Positions 42,397 to 52,621 of a DNA stretch of 64,000 nt are shown piece after piece. The stretch's first letter is position 1. Each line of letters opens with the position of its first letter. The notes below the pieces were generated by a model, which worked only from the letters and a program-made list of their open reading frames with translations, was not told where the DNA came from and did no database searches. The DNA lies in assembly GCA_963714635.1 (NCBI GenBank), contig CAVQPM010000005.1, forward strand, positions 200,852-264,851, in the 5' to 3' direction. Origin of the DNA: an uncultured Solirubrobacterales bacterium (GTDB taxonomy: Bacteria; Actinomycetota; Thermoleophilia; Solirubrobacterales; Solirubrobacteraceae). A program made the position numbers and the translations under genes.

Positions 42397-43344
42397 ATGG
42401 TCCCGTTTCTGCTGCGCCGCCTGCTCTCGCTCGTGGCGGTCCTGTTCGCGATCACCGTCCTCACGTTCCTCATCTTCCAGGCGATCCCGAACGGCGACCC
42501 GGCGCTGCGCATGGCGGGACGCTCGGCGAGTCCCCAGGAGGTTCAGGACATACGCAGGCAGTGGGGCTTCGATCAGCCGATCTACGTCCAGTATCTGAAG
42601 ACGATGCAGAAGATCCTCGACGGCAGCGTCGTCTCCTACGCGCAGCAGATCAACGTCGAGCAGGAGATAGCCAGGGATCTGCCGGCGACGATCTCACTCG
42701 CGCTGGGCGCGGGCATCATCTGGCTCGTGCTCGGCGTGCTGGCCGGACTCTTGAGCGCCGTGCACGCCGGCAGGCCGCTCGACCGGGCGCTCGGCGCGCT
42801 CGCGCTCCTCGGTCTCTCCACGCCCGTGTTCCTGCTGGGCGCGGTGATGCTCTACTACCTCGGCTACAGGCTCGGCCTGCTTCCGCTCGAAGGGTACGTC
42901 CCGCTGACGAGCGATCCCTGGGGCTGGTTCACGCACATGCTCATGCCCTGGATTTGCCTGTCGGTCGTCTCGATCGGCGTCTACTCGCGCGTCTTGCGCT
43001 CCAACCTGCTCGACACGATGGGCGAGGACTATGTGCGAACCGCCCGCGCCAAGGGCCTGTCCGAGCGGCGCGTCCTCACGCGCCATGTGCTGCGCAACTC
43101 GCTCGCGGGCATCCTCGCCCTGTGGGGCCTCGACTTCGCGTGGGTGATCGGCGGCGGCGCGATCCTCGTCGAGTCGATCTTCAACCTCGGCGGGGTCGGC
43201 CAGTACGCGGCGCAGTCGATCGAGCGCCTCGATGTGCCGCCGGTGATGGTGATCACGATGCTCGTCGCCTGCGCCGTCGTCGTGGTGAGCGCGATCGTCG
43301 ACATCGCGAACGCTGCGCTCGACCCGCGGGTGAGGCTGTCGTGA
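42397..43344 (+). CDS. ABC peptide/nickel transporter permease (DppB/OppB-like)
   Basis: MVPFLLRRLLSLVAVLFAITVLTFLIF N-terminus typical of DppB, and DYVRTARAKGLSERRV. Confidence 0.9.
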   Translation: MVPFLLRRLLSLVAVLFAITVLTFLIFQAIPNGDPALRMAGRSASPQEVQDIRRQWGFDQPIYVQYLKTMQKILDGSVVSYAQQINVEQEIARDLPATISLALGAGIIWLVLGVLAGLLSAVHAGRPLDRALGALALLGLSTPVFLLGAVMLYYLGYRLGLLPLEGYVPLTSDPWGWFTHMLMPWICLSVVSIGVYSRVLRSNLLDTMGEDYVRTARAKGLSERRVLTRHVLRNSLAGILALWGLDFAWVIGGGAILVESIFNLGGVGQYAAQSIERLDVPPVMVITMLVACAVVVVSAIVDIANAALDPRVRLS

Positions 43345-45077
43345 GCGTCTTGGGGGGGCAACCCGACCGGCTGCGACCCGATCGATCCGACGGCGCCCTC
43401 AACGGCACAGGCGATCCCCTGCTCGACGTGCGTGAGTTGCGCGTGCGCTTCGAGACTCCCTCCGGCCCGCTGCCGGCCGTGGACGGGGTGTCGTTCCAGC
43501 TGCGCGCGAAAGAGGTGCTCGCGATCGTCGGCGAGTCGGGCTCCGGAAAGTCGGTGACGGCGATGTCGCTGGTCGGGCTGACCCGCGGCCCGAACGTCCA
43601 CATCGAGGGCACGGCCCTGCTCGACGGGGCAGGCGAGCTGATCGGCGCCTCCGAGGGCGCCCTGCGACGCGTGAGGGGCGCGCAGATCGCGATGGTCTTC
43701 CAGGACCCGATGTCCTCGCTGAACCCGGTGATGCGCGTCGGCGAGCAGATCGCCGAGCAGATCCTCGCCCATGACCCGCTCTGCTCCCGGCGCGCGGCGC
43801 TCGAGCGCGCCGGCGAGCTGATGGAGCGCGTCCAGATCCCCGACGCCCGCCGCCGGTCGCGCTCCTATCCCCATGAGCTGTCCGGGGGCATGCGCCAGCG
43901 CGTGATGATCGCGATGGCGCTCTCGCTCGGCCCCAAGGTCCTGCTCGCGGACGAGCCCACGACCGCGCTCGACGTCACGATCCAGGCGCAGATCCTGGCG
44001 CAGCTCGAGCGGGTGCGCGAGGAAGAGGACATGGGCATCGTGCTGATCACCCACGACTTCGCGGTGGTCGCGAGCATCGCCGAGCGGATCGCGGTTATGA
44101 GAGCCGGCCGCATCGTCGAGCAGGGGACCGCGCAGCAGATCCTGCACGAGCCCGAGCACGACTACACACGCGCGCTGCTCGCGGCGCTCGAGCCCCCTCG
44201 CGCCAAGCGGGCTCCCCGCACCGCAGGGGAGCCGCTCGTCGAGGTGCGCGAGCTGGAGGTGCGCTTCGGAGCTACACGCGTCCGGCGCGGCGCCTCCTCG
44301 CCGGGTCACGCGCCGCTCCTCAGTGTTTCCGAGAAGCAGCGCGCCGGCGTGGTCGCGCTCGACGGCGTGTCGTTGACGCTTCGCGCCGGCGAGACGCTCG
44401 CTGTGGTGGGGGAGTCGGGCTCGGGCAAGACGACCCTGATCCGCTCGATCGCGCGGCTTCTGCAGCCGACCGGCGGGACCGTCTCCTTCGCGGGCGCCGA
44501 TGTCACGAAGGCTCGCGGACGCTCCCTGCGCCCCCTGCGCGAGGGGCTGGGGATGGTCTTCCAGGACCCCCAGTCCTCGCTGAACCCGAGACGGCGAGTC
44601 GGCGAGACGCTGCGACGAGCGCTGCGCGCCCGCGGGTGCTCGCGCTCGCAGGCGGGCCCGCGCGCCGCGGCGCTGCTCGAGCAGGTCGGCCTGTCCGCGG
44701 CTCACGCCGAGCGCTATCCCCACGAGCTCTCCGGCGGGGAGCGCCAGCGCGTGGCGATCGCGCGCGCGCTCGCGGGCCGGCCGCGGCTGGTGCTGCTCGA
44801 CGAGCCGGTCTCCTCGCTTGACGCGTCGTTGCGACGCGGGGTGATCGATCTGCTCAGCGATCTTCAGGAGCGGCTCGCCTGCGCCTACGTGCTCGTCTCA
44901 CACGACCTGGCGATGGTCGCGAGCGTGGCCGACCGCGTGGCGGTCATGCACCGGGGGAAGATCGTCGAGCTCGCGCGTGCGCAGGAACTGTTCGAGCGTC
45001 CCCGCCACCCCTACACGCGCGAGCTGCTGGCCGCCAGCCCCACGCTGCCGCTCGTCGCCCAATCTGGACTGTCATGA
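43341..45077 (+). CDS. fused double ABC ATPase (DppD-DppF-like)
   Basis: Two Walker A motifs (GESGSGKS and GESGSGKT), two LSGG signatures, and two Walker B motifs. The GTG overlaps the permease stop (GTGA). Confidence 0.9.
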   Translation: MSVLGGQPDRLRPDRSDGALNGTGDPLLDVRELRVRFETPSGPLPAVDGVSFQLRAKEVLAIVGESGSGKSVTAMSLVGLTRGPNVHIEGTALLDGAGELIGASEGALRRVRGAQIAMVFQDPMSSLNPVMRVGEQIAEQILAHDPLCSRRAALERAGELMERVQIPDARRRSRSYPHELSGGMRQRVMIAMALSLGPKVLLADEPTTALDVTIQAQILAQLERVREEEDMGIVLITHDFAVVASIAERIAVMRAGRIVEQGTAQQILHEPEHDYTRALLAALEPPRAKRAPRTAGEPLVEVRELEVRFGATRVRRGASSPGHAPLLSVSEKQRAGVVALDGVSLTLRAGETLAVVGESGSGKTTLIRSIARLLQPTGGTVSFAGADVTKARGRSLRPLREGLGMVFQDPQSSLNPRRRVGETLRRALRARGCSRSQAGPRAAALLEQVGLSAAHAERYPHELSGGERQRVAIARALAGRPRLVLLDEPVSSLDASLRRGVIDLLSDLQERLACAYVLVSHDLAMVASVADRVAVMHRGKIVELARAQELFERPRHPYTRELLAASPTLPLVAQSGLS

Positions 45078-45131
45078 GGGCGTGAGCCGCGCGTCCAGAC
45101 GCGGGGCGGCGAAGCTGCTCATAATGGTCGA

Positions 45132-46664
45132 GTGGAGCCAGGGACGGTGACACCGTTCGCCTCGATCGTCACGGACATCCAGAACTGGGCCTACCAGTGG
45201 TCGAGCGTCGTGATGATCCTGTTCTTCGCCGCGCTCATCTACCTGATGTGGCGCACGCTGAAAGTGATGCCGCGGGTCAAGCCGCAGCAGATCAAGCCCG
45301 CCTCCAGCCAGTCCATCGGCTGGGAGGACATCGCCGGCGTGGACGAGGCGAAGGCGGAGCTGCAGGAGATCGTCGAGTTTCTGCGCGACCCCAAGCAGTT
45401 CGAGAAGCTTGGCGCGAAGGTGCCCAAGGGGATCCTCCTGCACGGGCCTCCCGGCACCGGCAAGACGCTGCTCGCCAAGGCGGTGGCGCACGAGTCCGGC
45501 GCGCAGTTCTTCGCCCAGTCGGCGGCCGCCTTCGTCGAGATGTTCGCGGGCCTCGGCGCGGCGCGCATCAGACGCCTGTTCGCAATCGCGCGCAAGCACG
45601 AGCCGGCGATCATTTTCATCGACGAGCTCGACGCCGTGGGCGGCCGCCGCGGTGCCGACTTCTCCGGTGAGAAGGACCAGACGCTCAACCAGCTGCTGGT
45701 TGAGATGGACGGCTTCTCCACGAGCGGGCGTCTCGTCGTGATCGCCGCGTCCAATTTGCTCGAGAAGCTCGACCCCGCGCTCCTGAGGCCCGGTCGCTTC
45801 GACCGCCAGATCTTCGTCGCCCCGCCCGACGTGAAGGGCAGGCGCGGAGTGCTCGACGTGCACACGCGCTCCAAGCCGCTCGAGCGCGTGGATCTCGGTC
45901 TGGTGGCGGCCCAGACGAGCGGCCTGACCGGCGCCGATCTGGCGAACATCTGCAACGAGGCGGCCATCTTCGCGGCGCGGCGCGGCGCGAAGAGCATCAC
46001 AAACGCGGACTTCGACCACGCCCTGGAGCGGGTGATCGCGGGCGTCCAGTCCCACCGTGTTCTGAACAGCCACGAGCGGCGCGTCGTCGCCTTCCACGAG
46101 GCGGGCCACGCATTGTGCGGCGAGCTGCTCCCCTCCGTCGATCGGGTGCACAGGATCTCGATCGTGCCGCGCGGCCGAGCGCTCGGCTACACGCTGAACC
46201 TGCCCGCCGAGGACCGCTATCTGAAGACGCGCGAGGAGCTGCTCGACTACATGACCGTGCTGCTCGGCGGGCGCGTCGCCGAGCAGATCGTGTTCGGCGC
46301 GATCACGACGGGCGCCTCGGACGACCTGCGGCGGGTCGCGGACATCGCGCACTCGATGGTCCACGACTACGCGATGGGCAACGACGCGGGACGCGCCCCC
46401 GACGGCAACGTTCAGCTGTCGGAGGCCACGCTTCGAATGCGCGACGAGGAGCGCAGGGACCTCATCGAGGAGGCACACAGGGCGGCCCGGCGGATGATCG
46501 CCTCCCATCGCCTCCAGCTCGATGCGCTCGCTGATGAGCTGCTCTCCAACGAGGTGCTCGACCGCGACGCGATCGAGCGCATCATGGACGGCGTGCCGCG
46601 CCTGGAGCGCCGGCCGGGAATCGGCCTGAGGGTCGTGGCGGCGGCGACCACCGAGGACTCGTAG
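45132..46664 (+). CDS. ftsH: FtsH-like AAA+ zinc metalloprotease, short form with a single N-terminal TM
   Basis: GPPGTGKTLLAKAVA, IIFIDELDAV, SRH region, and the HEAGHAL zinc motif. Only one TM and no periplasmic loop; 510 aa. Confidence 0.85.
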   Translation: MEPGTVTPFASIVTDIQNWAYQWSSVVMILFFAALIYLMWRTLKVMPRVKPQQIKPASSQSIGWEDIAGVDEAKAELQEIVEFLRDPKQFEKLGAKVPKGILLHGPPGTGKTLLAKAVAHESGAQFFAQSAAAFVEMFAGLGAARIRRLFAIARKHEPAIIFIDELDAVGGRRGADFSGEKDQTLNQLLVEMDGFSTSGRLVVIAASNLLEKLDPALLRPGRFDRQIFVAPPDVKGRRGVLDVHTRSKPLERVDLGLVAAQTSGLTGADLANICNEAAIFAARRGAKSITNADFDHALERVIAGVQSHRVLNSHERRVVAFHEAGHALCGELLPSVDRVHRISIVPRGRALGYTLNLPAEDRYLKTREELLDYMTVLLGGRVAEQIVFGAITTGASDDLRRVADIAHSMVHDYAMGNDAGRAPDGNVQLSEATLRMRDEERRDLIEEAHRAARRMIASHRLQLDALADELLSNEVLDRDAIERIMDGVPRLERRPGIGLRVVAAATTEDS

Positions 46665-46674
46665 ACTCCCGGGA

Positions 46675-47085
46675 GTGTTCGACCGCATCGACCACATAGG
46701 CGTCGCCGTCGAGGACATCGAGGAGGCGCTTTTGCTCTACAGGGACGCCTTCGGAATGGATGTCGCTCATCGCGAGATCGTGGAGGAGCAGGGCGTCGAG
46801 GCGGTGCTGCTGGACGTCGGCGAGAACCACGTCGAGCTGCTCGCCCCGCTCGGGCCGGACACACCCGTCGGCAAGTTCCTTGCCAAGAGAGGCCCCGGAT
46901 TGCACCACGTCGCCTATCAGGTGTCCGACATCGACGCCACGCTCGAGGCGCTCAAGGCAGCCGGACTGCCCCTGATCGACGAGCGGCCTCGCGTCGGGAT
47001 CCGCGGCTCGCTCGTCGCGTTCCTTCACCCCAAGGGCAGCGGGGCGGTGCTGACCGAGATCGTGCAGCCGGCGGAAGGCCACTGA
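46675..47085 (+). CDS. mce: methylmalonyl-CoA epimerase (VOC/glyoxalase fold)
   Basis: IDHIGVAVEDIEEALLLY, GPGLHHVAYQV, and about 135 aa. Confidence 0.78.
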   Translation: MFDRIDHIGVAVEDIEEALLLYRDAFGMDVAHREIVEEQGVEAVLLDVGENHVELLAPLGPDTPVGKFLAKRGPGLHHVAYQVSDIDATLEALKAAGLPLIDERPRVGIRGSLVAFLHPKGSGAVLTEIVQPAEGH

Positions 47086-47122
47086 TGGGCGCCGCGCCGG
47101 GCACAATCATGCGGGAGAGTCA

Positions 47123-47344
47123 TTGATGCCGTTGCACCACAGGCGCGTGAGCGTCGGCTTCCAGGGCGGCCAGGTGCTCGCCCTGCGCGTCACCGAAGAG
47201 CAGCTCGAAGCGCTGCAGCGGGCGCTCGGCAGCGGCGGCTGGCACGAGCTCGACACCGAGGAAGGGCCGGTGCGGCTCGATCTCGGACAGGTCGTCTATG
47301 TGCGGTCGGAGTTCAACGACCGCGGCGTCGGCTTCGGGGCCTGA
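47123..47344 (+). CDS. small conserved-looking hypothetical protein (DUF3107-like pattern)
   Basis: 73-aa ORF with clean coding composition. The family assignment comes from weak recalled similarity only. Confidence 0.45.
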   Translation: MMPLHHRRVSVGFQGGQVLALRVTEEQLEALQRALGSGGWHELDTEEGPVRLDLGQVVYVRSEFNDRGVGFGA

Positions 47345-47458
47345 GGGTTATATATGTTTTTTGCGCGGAGCACCATAGTGACTACATTTTGTAGCTCCTA
47401 TGGTCGCAGTAGCGCGAATTTGATGTCCACCCGCGCGTCTTGACGCGTATCTCGACCG

Positions 47459-47947
47459 ATGCTTCTCGACGAGCGGCTGCTGCGCCTCGCGCGCACACGG
47501 GGGCATACGCCCGAGCGCGAGCGGGCGGTGGCCAGGTTCTCGCGGATGGGCGAGCACTGCGCGATCTGGCTTGCGCTCGGGCTCGGGGGATCGCTGCTCA
47601 GCCGGCCCGCCGTGCGCCGTGCGCAATGGCGCAGGGCGACCGCCGTCGTAGGGTCCACCTACATGGCCAACACGGCTCTCAAGCTGATCGTCCGCCGCGG
47701 CCGCCCCGAGATCGAGGGACTGCCGCCGCTTGCGAGCACGCCCACACGACTCAGCTTCCCGAGCGCCCACTCCTCGACCTCGTTCGCGGCGGCGCTCGCC
47801 TACAGTCGACTCGGCATGCCCGCCCCTCCGCTGTTCGCGCTCGCCGCGGGCCTGGCGCTCTCGAGGCTGTACCTCGGCGTTCACTACCCATCTGACGTGG
47901 CGGCCGGCGCGCTGCTCGGAACGGCGATCGCGGCGGCCGCCTCATGA
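47459..47947 (+). CDS. PAP2-family membrane phosphatase
   Basis: KLIVRRGRP ... SFPSAHSS ... SRLYLGVHYPSDV, the three PAP2 motifs. Confidence 0.82.
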   Translation: MLLDERLLRLARTRGHTPERERAVARFSRMGEHCAIWLALGLGGSLLSRPAVRRAQWRRATAVVGSTYMANTALKLIVRRGRPEIEGLPPLASTPTRLSFPSAHSSTSFAAALAYSRLGMPAPPLFALAAGLALSRLYLGVHYPSDVAAGALLGTAIAAAAS

Positions 47948-49029
47948 GCACGCGCATCGGGATCGTCGGTCTGCCCAACGCGGGCAAGTCATCGCTGTTC
48001 AACGCGCTCACGAAGGCCGGCGCCGAGGCCGCCAACTATCCCTTCACGACGATCGAGCCGAACGTGGCGGTCGTGCCGGTGCACGACGAGCGTCTCGTCG
48101 AGGTCGCGCGCACCGTGAGAGCGTCGGAGATCGTGTGGGACACGATCGACTTCCACGACATCGCCGGCCTCGTGGCGGGCGCCCACAAAGGCGAGGGTCT
48201 CGGCAACCGCTTCCTCGCCAACATCCGCGAGACCGACGCGATCGTGCACGTCGTGAGAGCCCACACCGACGAGAGCGTCGTGCACCCCGAGGGCCGGGTC
48301 GACCCGCTGGCCGACATCGAGACGATCGAGACCGAGCTCGTGCTCGCCGACCTCGAGCAGGCCGAGCGGCGCGTCGATCGCGTAGCCAAGCAGGCCAAGA
48401 GCGGCGATCGCTCCGCGATCGCACAGGAGGCATGGCTGCGAGAGGTGATCGCCGAGCTGCAGGCGGGCAGGCCGGCGCGCGGAGTGCCGGCGCCCGAGGA
48501 TGCGCCGCACGCGCTGCGCGACCTCGGCGCGCTGACCGCCAAGCCGGTGCTGTTCGTAGCCAACGTGGACGAGGGCTCCGAGGATGTGCCGGCGGTCATC
48601 GCCGAGCACGCCGCCGCACATGGAGCGGGCGTGGTGGCGATCTCATCCCGCATCGAGTCCGAGCTGGCCGAGCTCGAGGAGGAAGAAGCGGCGCTGATGC
48701 GCGCGGAGCTGGGCGTGGCCGAATCCGGCTTGCAGCGCATCGTCCACGGCGCCTTCTCGCTGCTGCGCCTGATCGCCTTCTTCACGGCCGGCGAGGCCAA
48801 GCCGGCCCAATCGTGGCATCTGCGCGACGGCCTCACCGCCTGGCACGCCGCCGGGGAGATTCACACCGACATCCAGAAGGGCTTCGTGCGCGCCGAGGTG
48901 GTCGGCTGGAGAGAGCTCGTCGACGCCGGCGGCTACGCGGGCGCGCGCGAGCGCGGAACCCTGCGCCTGGAGGGTCGCGATTACGTGATGTGTGATGGGG
49001 ACGTAATCACAATCAAGTTCACGCCCTAG
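47944..49029 (+). CDS. ychF: ribosome-binding ATPase YchF
   Basis: IGIVGLPNAGKSSLFNALT, DIAGLV.GA..GEGLGN.FL, and a C-terminal TGS-like domain. Confidence 0.93.
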   Translation: MSTRIGIVGLPNAGKSSLFNALTKAGAEAANYPFTTIEPNVAVVPVHDERLVEVARTVRASEIVWDTIDFHDIAGLVAGAHKGEGLGNRFLANIRETDAIVHVVRAHTDESVVHPEGRVDPLADIETIETELVLADLEQAERRVDRVAKQAKSGDRSAIAQEAWLREVIAELQAGRPARGVPAPEDAPHALRDLGALTAKPVLFVANVDEGSEDVPAVIAEHAAAHGAGVVAISSRIESELAELEEEEAALMRAELGVAESGLQRIVHGAFSLLRLIAFFTAGEAKPAQSWHLRDGLTAWHAAGEIHTDIQKGFVRAEVVGWRELVDAGGYAGARERGTLRLEGRDYVMCDGDVITIKFTP

Positions 49030-49928
49030 GGGGCTCGGGAGATGAGGCGCTCGGCTAGGCGGTTCATCCCGAATTCACGGGCCTTCTCCGCGCCGGCCGC
49101 GAAGTCCGTCTCTCGGTCCGGGGGTCGCTCGACGTCGATCTCCATGAGTGTCGCAACCTGCTTGAACGTGCGCAGCAGATCGGCGTTCTCGCTGAGCGCC
49201 GTTGCCAGACGCGGGCGCAGCTCGGGGGGGCCGTTCGTGCCCTCTCCCAGCGCCGCGCACTGCCGCTCAGCGGCTTCGAGCAGTTGCTCGAGCGTGTCGT
49301 GTGCGCTCAGCAGCTCCGCCGCCGTCTTTGCTCCGATCCCCGGAGCCCCCGGCAGGCCGTCGGATGGATCCCCGCGCAGCGCGATGAAGTCCGGCACGCG
49401 ATCAGGCGCCACGCCGTAGCGCTCGCGCACCTGCCGTGGACCGACCTCGACGAAGCGCCCTTTCTCCATCCCCAGCACGATCACTCGCTCATCGACCGCC
49501 TGGTAGAGGTCGCGGTCGGCCGTCAGCAGCAGCGCGCCACCTCCCGCCCGCGACTCGGCGTGTGCGAGCGAGCCCATGGCGTCATCGGCCTCCAGGTCCC
49601 GGGCATCGAACACGCTCCACCCGAAGCTCTCGAGCAGCTCCGGCGCCCGCCTCCACTGCTCGCTCAGCTCGTCCGGCATCGGGTCGCGGTGGGCGTGATA
49701 GGGCGGATACAGCTCCACGCGGTAGCGCGCCTGCTCGGCGCCGAAACAGGCGGCGACAGCTCGAGGAGAGCGCTCCTCGATCGCCGCGATCAGCGCGTTG
49801 ACCGTTCCGAGCAAGGCGTTCACCGGCCGGCCGCGCTCGTCGGAGATCGACTTCGGCAGCGCGAAGAACGAGCGGTACAGCAGCCAGGGAACATCGGCGA
49901 TCAACAGTGGGCCCGCCATCCGAGGCAC
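49026..49928 (-). CDS. 5'-3' exonuclease / flap endonuclease (PIN-like plus H3TH)
   Basis: LLIADVPWLLYRSFFAL, EADD, and GIGAKTAAELL (H3TH). Confidence 0.85.
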   Translation of the reverse strand: MPRMAGPLLIADVPWLLYRSFFALPKSISDERGRPVNALLGTVNALIAAIEERSPRAVAACFGAEQARYRVELYPPYHAHRDPMPDELSEQWRRAPELLESFGWSVFDARDLEADDAMGSLAHAESRAGGGALLLTADRDLYQAVDERVIVLGMEKGRFVEVGPRQVRERYGVAPDRVPDFIALRGDPSDGLPGAPGIGAKTAAELLSAHDTLEQLLEAAERQCAALGEGTNGPPELRPRLATALSENADLLRTFKQVATLMEIDVERPPDRETDFAAGAEKAREFGMNRLAERLISRAP

Positions 49929-49968
49929 AGTATGTCGAGGCCGAAAGGCGCCGCCGGCGCACAGCCGC

Positions 49969-50937
49969 TTAGCGCACGCTGAAGAACGCCCACGTCGAGT
50001 AGAGGTTCAACCGCGCCGCCAGTTCCGGCCCGCTCACGAGCGTGCGGCCTTTCGAGCCGAGCACGTAGGCGGAGACGATCCGCGGGGAGCTGCCTCTCGC
50101 AAGCACGTCGATGCCCCGGAACGCGCCCTGCACCAGCCCCTTCAGATCGCGCGCGGCGGCGGGGAAGGCGATCGTCTTCGTCCAGCGGTGCAACGGCCCG
50201 CCGTCGTAGGAGTCGAGCACTCCGAGCAGCCAGGGCTCGGGCGCGGAGCCTGGGAACGCGTTCTGCGAGCTCTCGGTCTGACCGCCGGAGCTGGCGAAGA
50301 AGTACGTGATCGCCGGGCTGCCGTTGTAGGTGACGATCTGCCCCGCGGTGGACTGCACCGCCGCATTCGTCTGTGGTGTTTCCGCCTTCTTGCCGCGATA
50401 CACCTGGGAGCGGGTGTCGCTGTACACGTCGAACCTCGACCCGCCTGAGTGGGCGGTAATCGCGTATGTGCGGCTCGCCACCGCCTGCGCCTGCAGCGCC
50501 GCCATCGGCCAGTCCGCGGACACCTCGGCCGCGATCACTCCGCGCACGTAGGTTTCGAGCGGGATGCGATGCACCTTGCCGTGCATCAGCACGCGCACGA
50601 TCGTCCCCGCGGGCGCGGTTCCGAGCGCCGTCCCGGTGTAGTAGTGGGCGAGGATCGCTTCATACGACCAACCGTGTTCGGCATATCCGAGCGCTCCCTC
50701 CTGGCTCATGCCGACTCCGTGCCCGTCTCCCGCTCCGGAGATCACGAGCTTCTTGTGGGCGGCCGAGTCCGATGCCGGTGCGATCGGGGGGGCCGGCGTC
50801 CCCGTCGCTTCCGAGGCGGGCGCCGGAGTTCCTCCACCGTCCGACGACGACGCCGCCGCCGGCGAAGGCGCCGCCGACGTGCCCAGCCAGAGCGCCGCGA
50901 GCGCGGCGATCGCGATGCGCTTGGTCGATGACTGCAT
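49969..50937 (-). CDS. SpoIID/LytB-domain secreted protein
   Basis: Signal peptide, GHGVGMSQEGA, EVSADWPMAALQAQAVASRTYA, and YFFASSGGQTE. Start trimmed to ATG 50937. Confidence 0.85.
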   Translation of the reverse strand: MQSSTKRIAIAALAALWLGTSAAPSPAAASSSDGGGTPAPASEATGTPAPPIAPASDSAAHKKLVISGAGDGHGVGMSQEGALGYAEHGWSYEAILAHYYTGTALGTAPAGTIVRVLMHGKVHRIPLETYVRGVIAAEVSADWPMAALQAQAVASRTYAITAHSGGSRFDVYSDTRSQVYRGKKAETPQTNAAVQSTAGQIVTYNGSPAITYFFASSGGQTESSQNAFPGSAPEPWLLGVLDSYDGGPLHRWTKTIAFPAAARDLKGLVQGAFRGIDVLARGSSPRIVSAYVLGSKGRTLVSGPELAARLNLYSTWAFFSVR

Positions 50938-51036
50938 GTCCCTCGAATCGGAAATATGTCCATCGAGCATGAGTCGTGCAAGTCTGTGCTTGCAGCACAT
51001 GCGTCCGGCAAGGTTTAAAGCCCCGAGCTGAAAGGA

Positions 51037-52518
51037 GTGGGCATGGCCATCGCAAGCGAGGAGCAGGCGGTCCTCGACGAGGTCCCCACGGGCCTCTACA
51101 TCGGGGGACAGTGGCGCGCCGCGGGCGCCGCGGCGACGCTCGCCGTCGAGGACCCGGCGACCGGCGAGACCCTCGTCGAGGTCGCCGACGCGACACCCGA
51201 GGACGCGCTTGCGGCGCTGGGCGCCGCTGCCGATGCGCAGGGCGACTGGGCCCGGACCGCGCCGCGCGAGCGGGGCGAGATCCTGCGCCGCGCCTACGGG
51301 CTCCTGATCGCCGACGTCGACCGGCTGGCGCTGCTCATGACGCTCGAGATGGGCAAGGCGCTGGCCGAGTCGCGCGCGGAGATCCTCTATGCGGCGGAGT
51401 TCCTGCGCTGGTTCTCCGAGGAGGCGGTGCGCATTCACGGCCGCTACATGGCAAACCCGAGCGGTTCCGGCCGGATCCTCACGATGCGCGGTCCCGTCGG
51501 CCCGTGCGTGTTCGTGACCCCGTGGAACTTCCCCACCGCGATGGGCACGCGCAAGATCGCGCCCGCGATAGCGGCCGGGTGCACGATGGTCGTCAAGCCC
51601 GCCCAGCAGACGCCCCTGTCGATGCTCGCGCTCGCGCGCGTCCTCGAGCAGGCCGGTCTGCCCGCGGGCGTGCTCAACGTGGTCACGACGAAGCGCTCGG
51701 GGGCGATCGTCGAGCCGCTGTTGAAGGACGCGCGCACGCGCAAGCTGTCGTTCACGGGATCCACCGAGGTCGGCCGCAAGCTGATGGAGCAATCCGCCGA
51801 GCAGGTGCTGCGCGTCTCGATGGAGCTCGGGGGCAACGCGCCGTTCCTGGTGTTCGAGGACGCCGACCTCGACGCGGCGATCGAGGGGGCCCTGATTGCC
51901 AAGCTGCGCAATGTCGGGGAGGCGTGCACCGCCGCCAACCGCTTCCACGTTCACGAGTCGATCGCCGATGAGTTCGCGCGCAGGCTCACCGAGCGCATGA
52001 GCGCTCTGAAGGTCGGGCGCGGAACCGAGCCGGACGTGGACATAGGGCCGCTGATCGACGAGCGTCAGCGCTCGACCGTCGCCGAGCTGGTTGACGATGC
52101 GGCCGGCGCCGGCGCGCGAGTGCTGCTCGGCGGCGAGCCGATGTCGGGGCCCGCCCACCCCGGCTACTTCTTCGCCCCCACCGTCCTCGCGGACGTTCCG
52201 CCCCAGGCGAGGCTGCTCCGCGAGGAGATCTTCGGGCCGGTCGCCGCGGTCGCGAGCTTCTCGAGCGAAGCGCAGGCGCTCGAGGCGGCCAATGCAACGG
52301 AGTACGGGCTCGTCGCCTACCTGTACACGCGCGACCTGTCCCGGGCGCTGCGCGTCTCGGAGGGACTTCAGACCGGAATGGTGGGGGTCAACCAGGGCAT
52401 GGTCTCCAACCCCGCCGCCCCCTTCGGGGGCGTCAAGCAGTCAGGCTTCGGCCGCGAGGGGGGCTTCGAGGGGATCGAGGAGTACCTCGACACGAAGTAC
52501 GTCGCGCTGGCTGTTTGA
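51037..52518 (+). CDS. gabD: NAD(P)-dependent succinate-semialdehyde dehydrogenase (ALDH family)
   Basis: ALDH motifs FTGSTEVGR, ELGGNAP and GEACTAANR; 493 aa. Confidence 0.85.
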   Translation: MGMAIASEEQAVLDEVPTGLYIGGQWRAAGAAATLAVEDPATGETLVEVADATPEDALAALGAAADAQGDWARTAPRERGEILRRAYGLLIADVDRLALLMTLEMGKALAESRAEILYAAEFLRWFSEEAVRIHGRYMANPSGSGRILTMRGPVGPCVFVTPWNFPTAMGTRKIAPAIAAGCTMVVKPAQQTPLSMLALARVLEQAGLPAGVLNVVTTKRSGAIVEPLLKDARTRKLSFTGSTEVGRKLMEQSAEQVLRVSMELGGNAPFLVFEDADLDAAIEGALIAKLRNVGEACTAANRFHVHESIADEFARRLTERMSALKVGRGTEPDVDIGPLIDERQRSTVAELVDDAAGAGARVLLGGEPMSGPAHPGYFFAPTVLADVPPQARLLREEIFGPVAAVASFSSEAQALEAANATEYGLVAYLYTRDLSRALRVSEGLQTGMVGVNQGMVSNPAAPFGGVKQSGFGREGGFEGIEEYLDTKYVALAV

Positions 52519-52621
52519 GGCCCAAGCTTCGACCCGATTTCGCGTAGCTCGTCTCCTTTGGCTCAAGTGGAGGCTTGTTTTGGCCGAATAGACGATCACC
52601 GGACGAACGGAGAGCTTTTCA

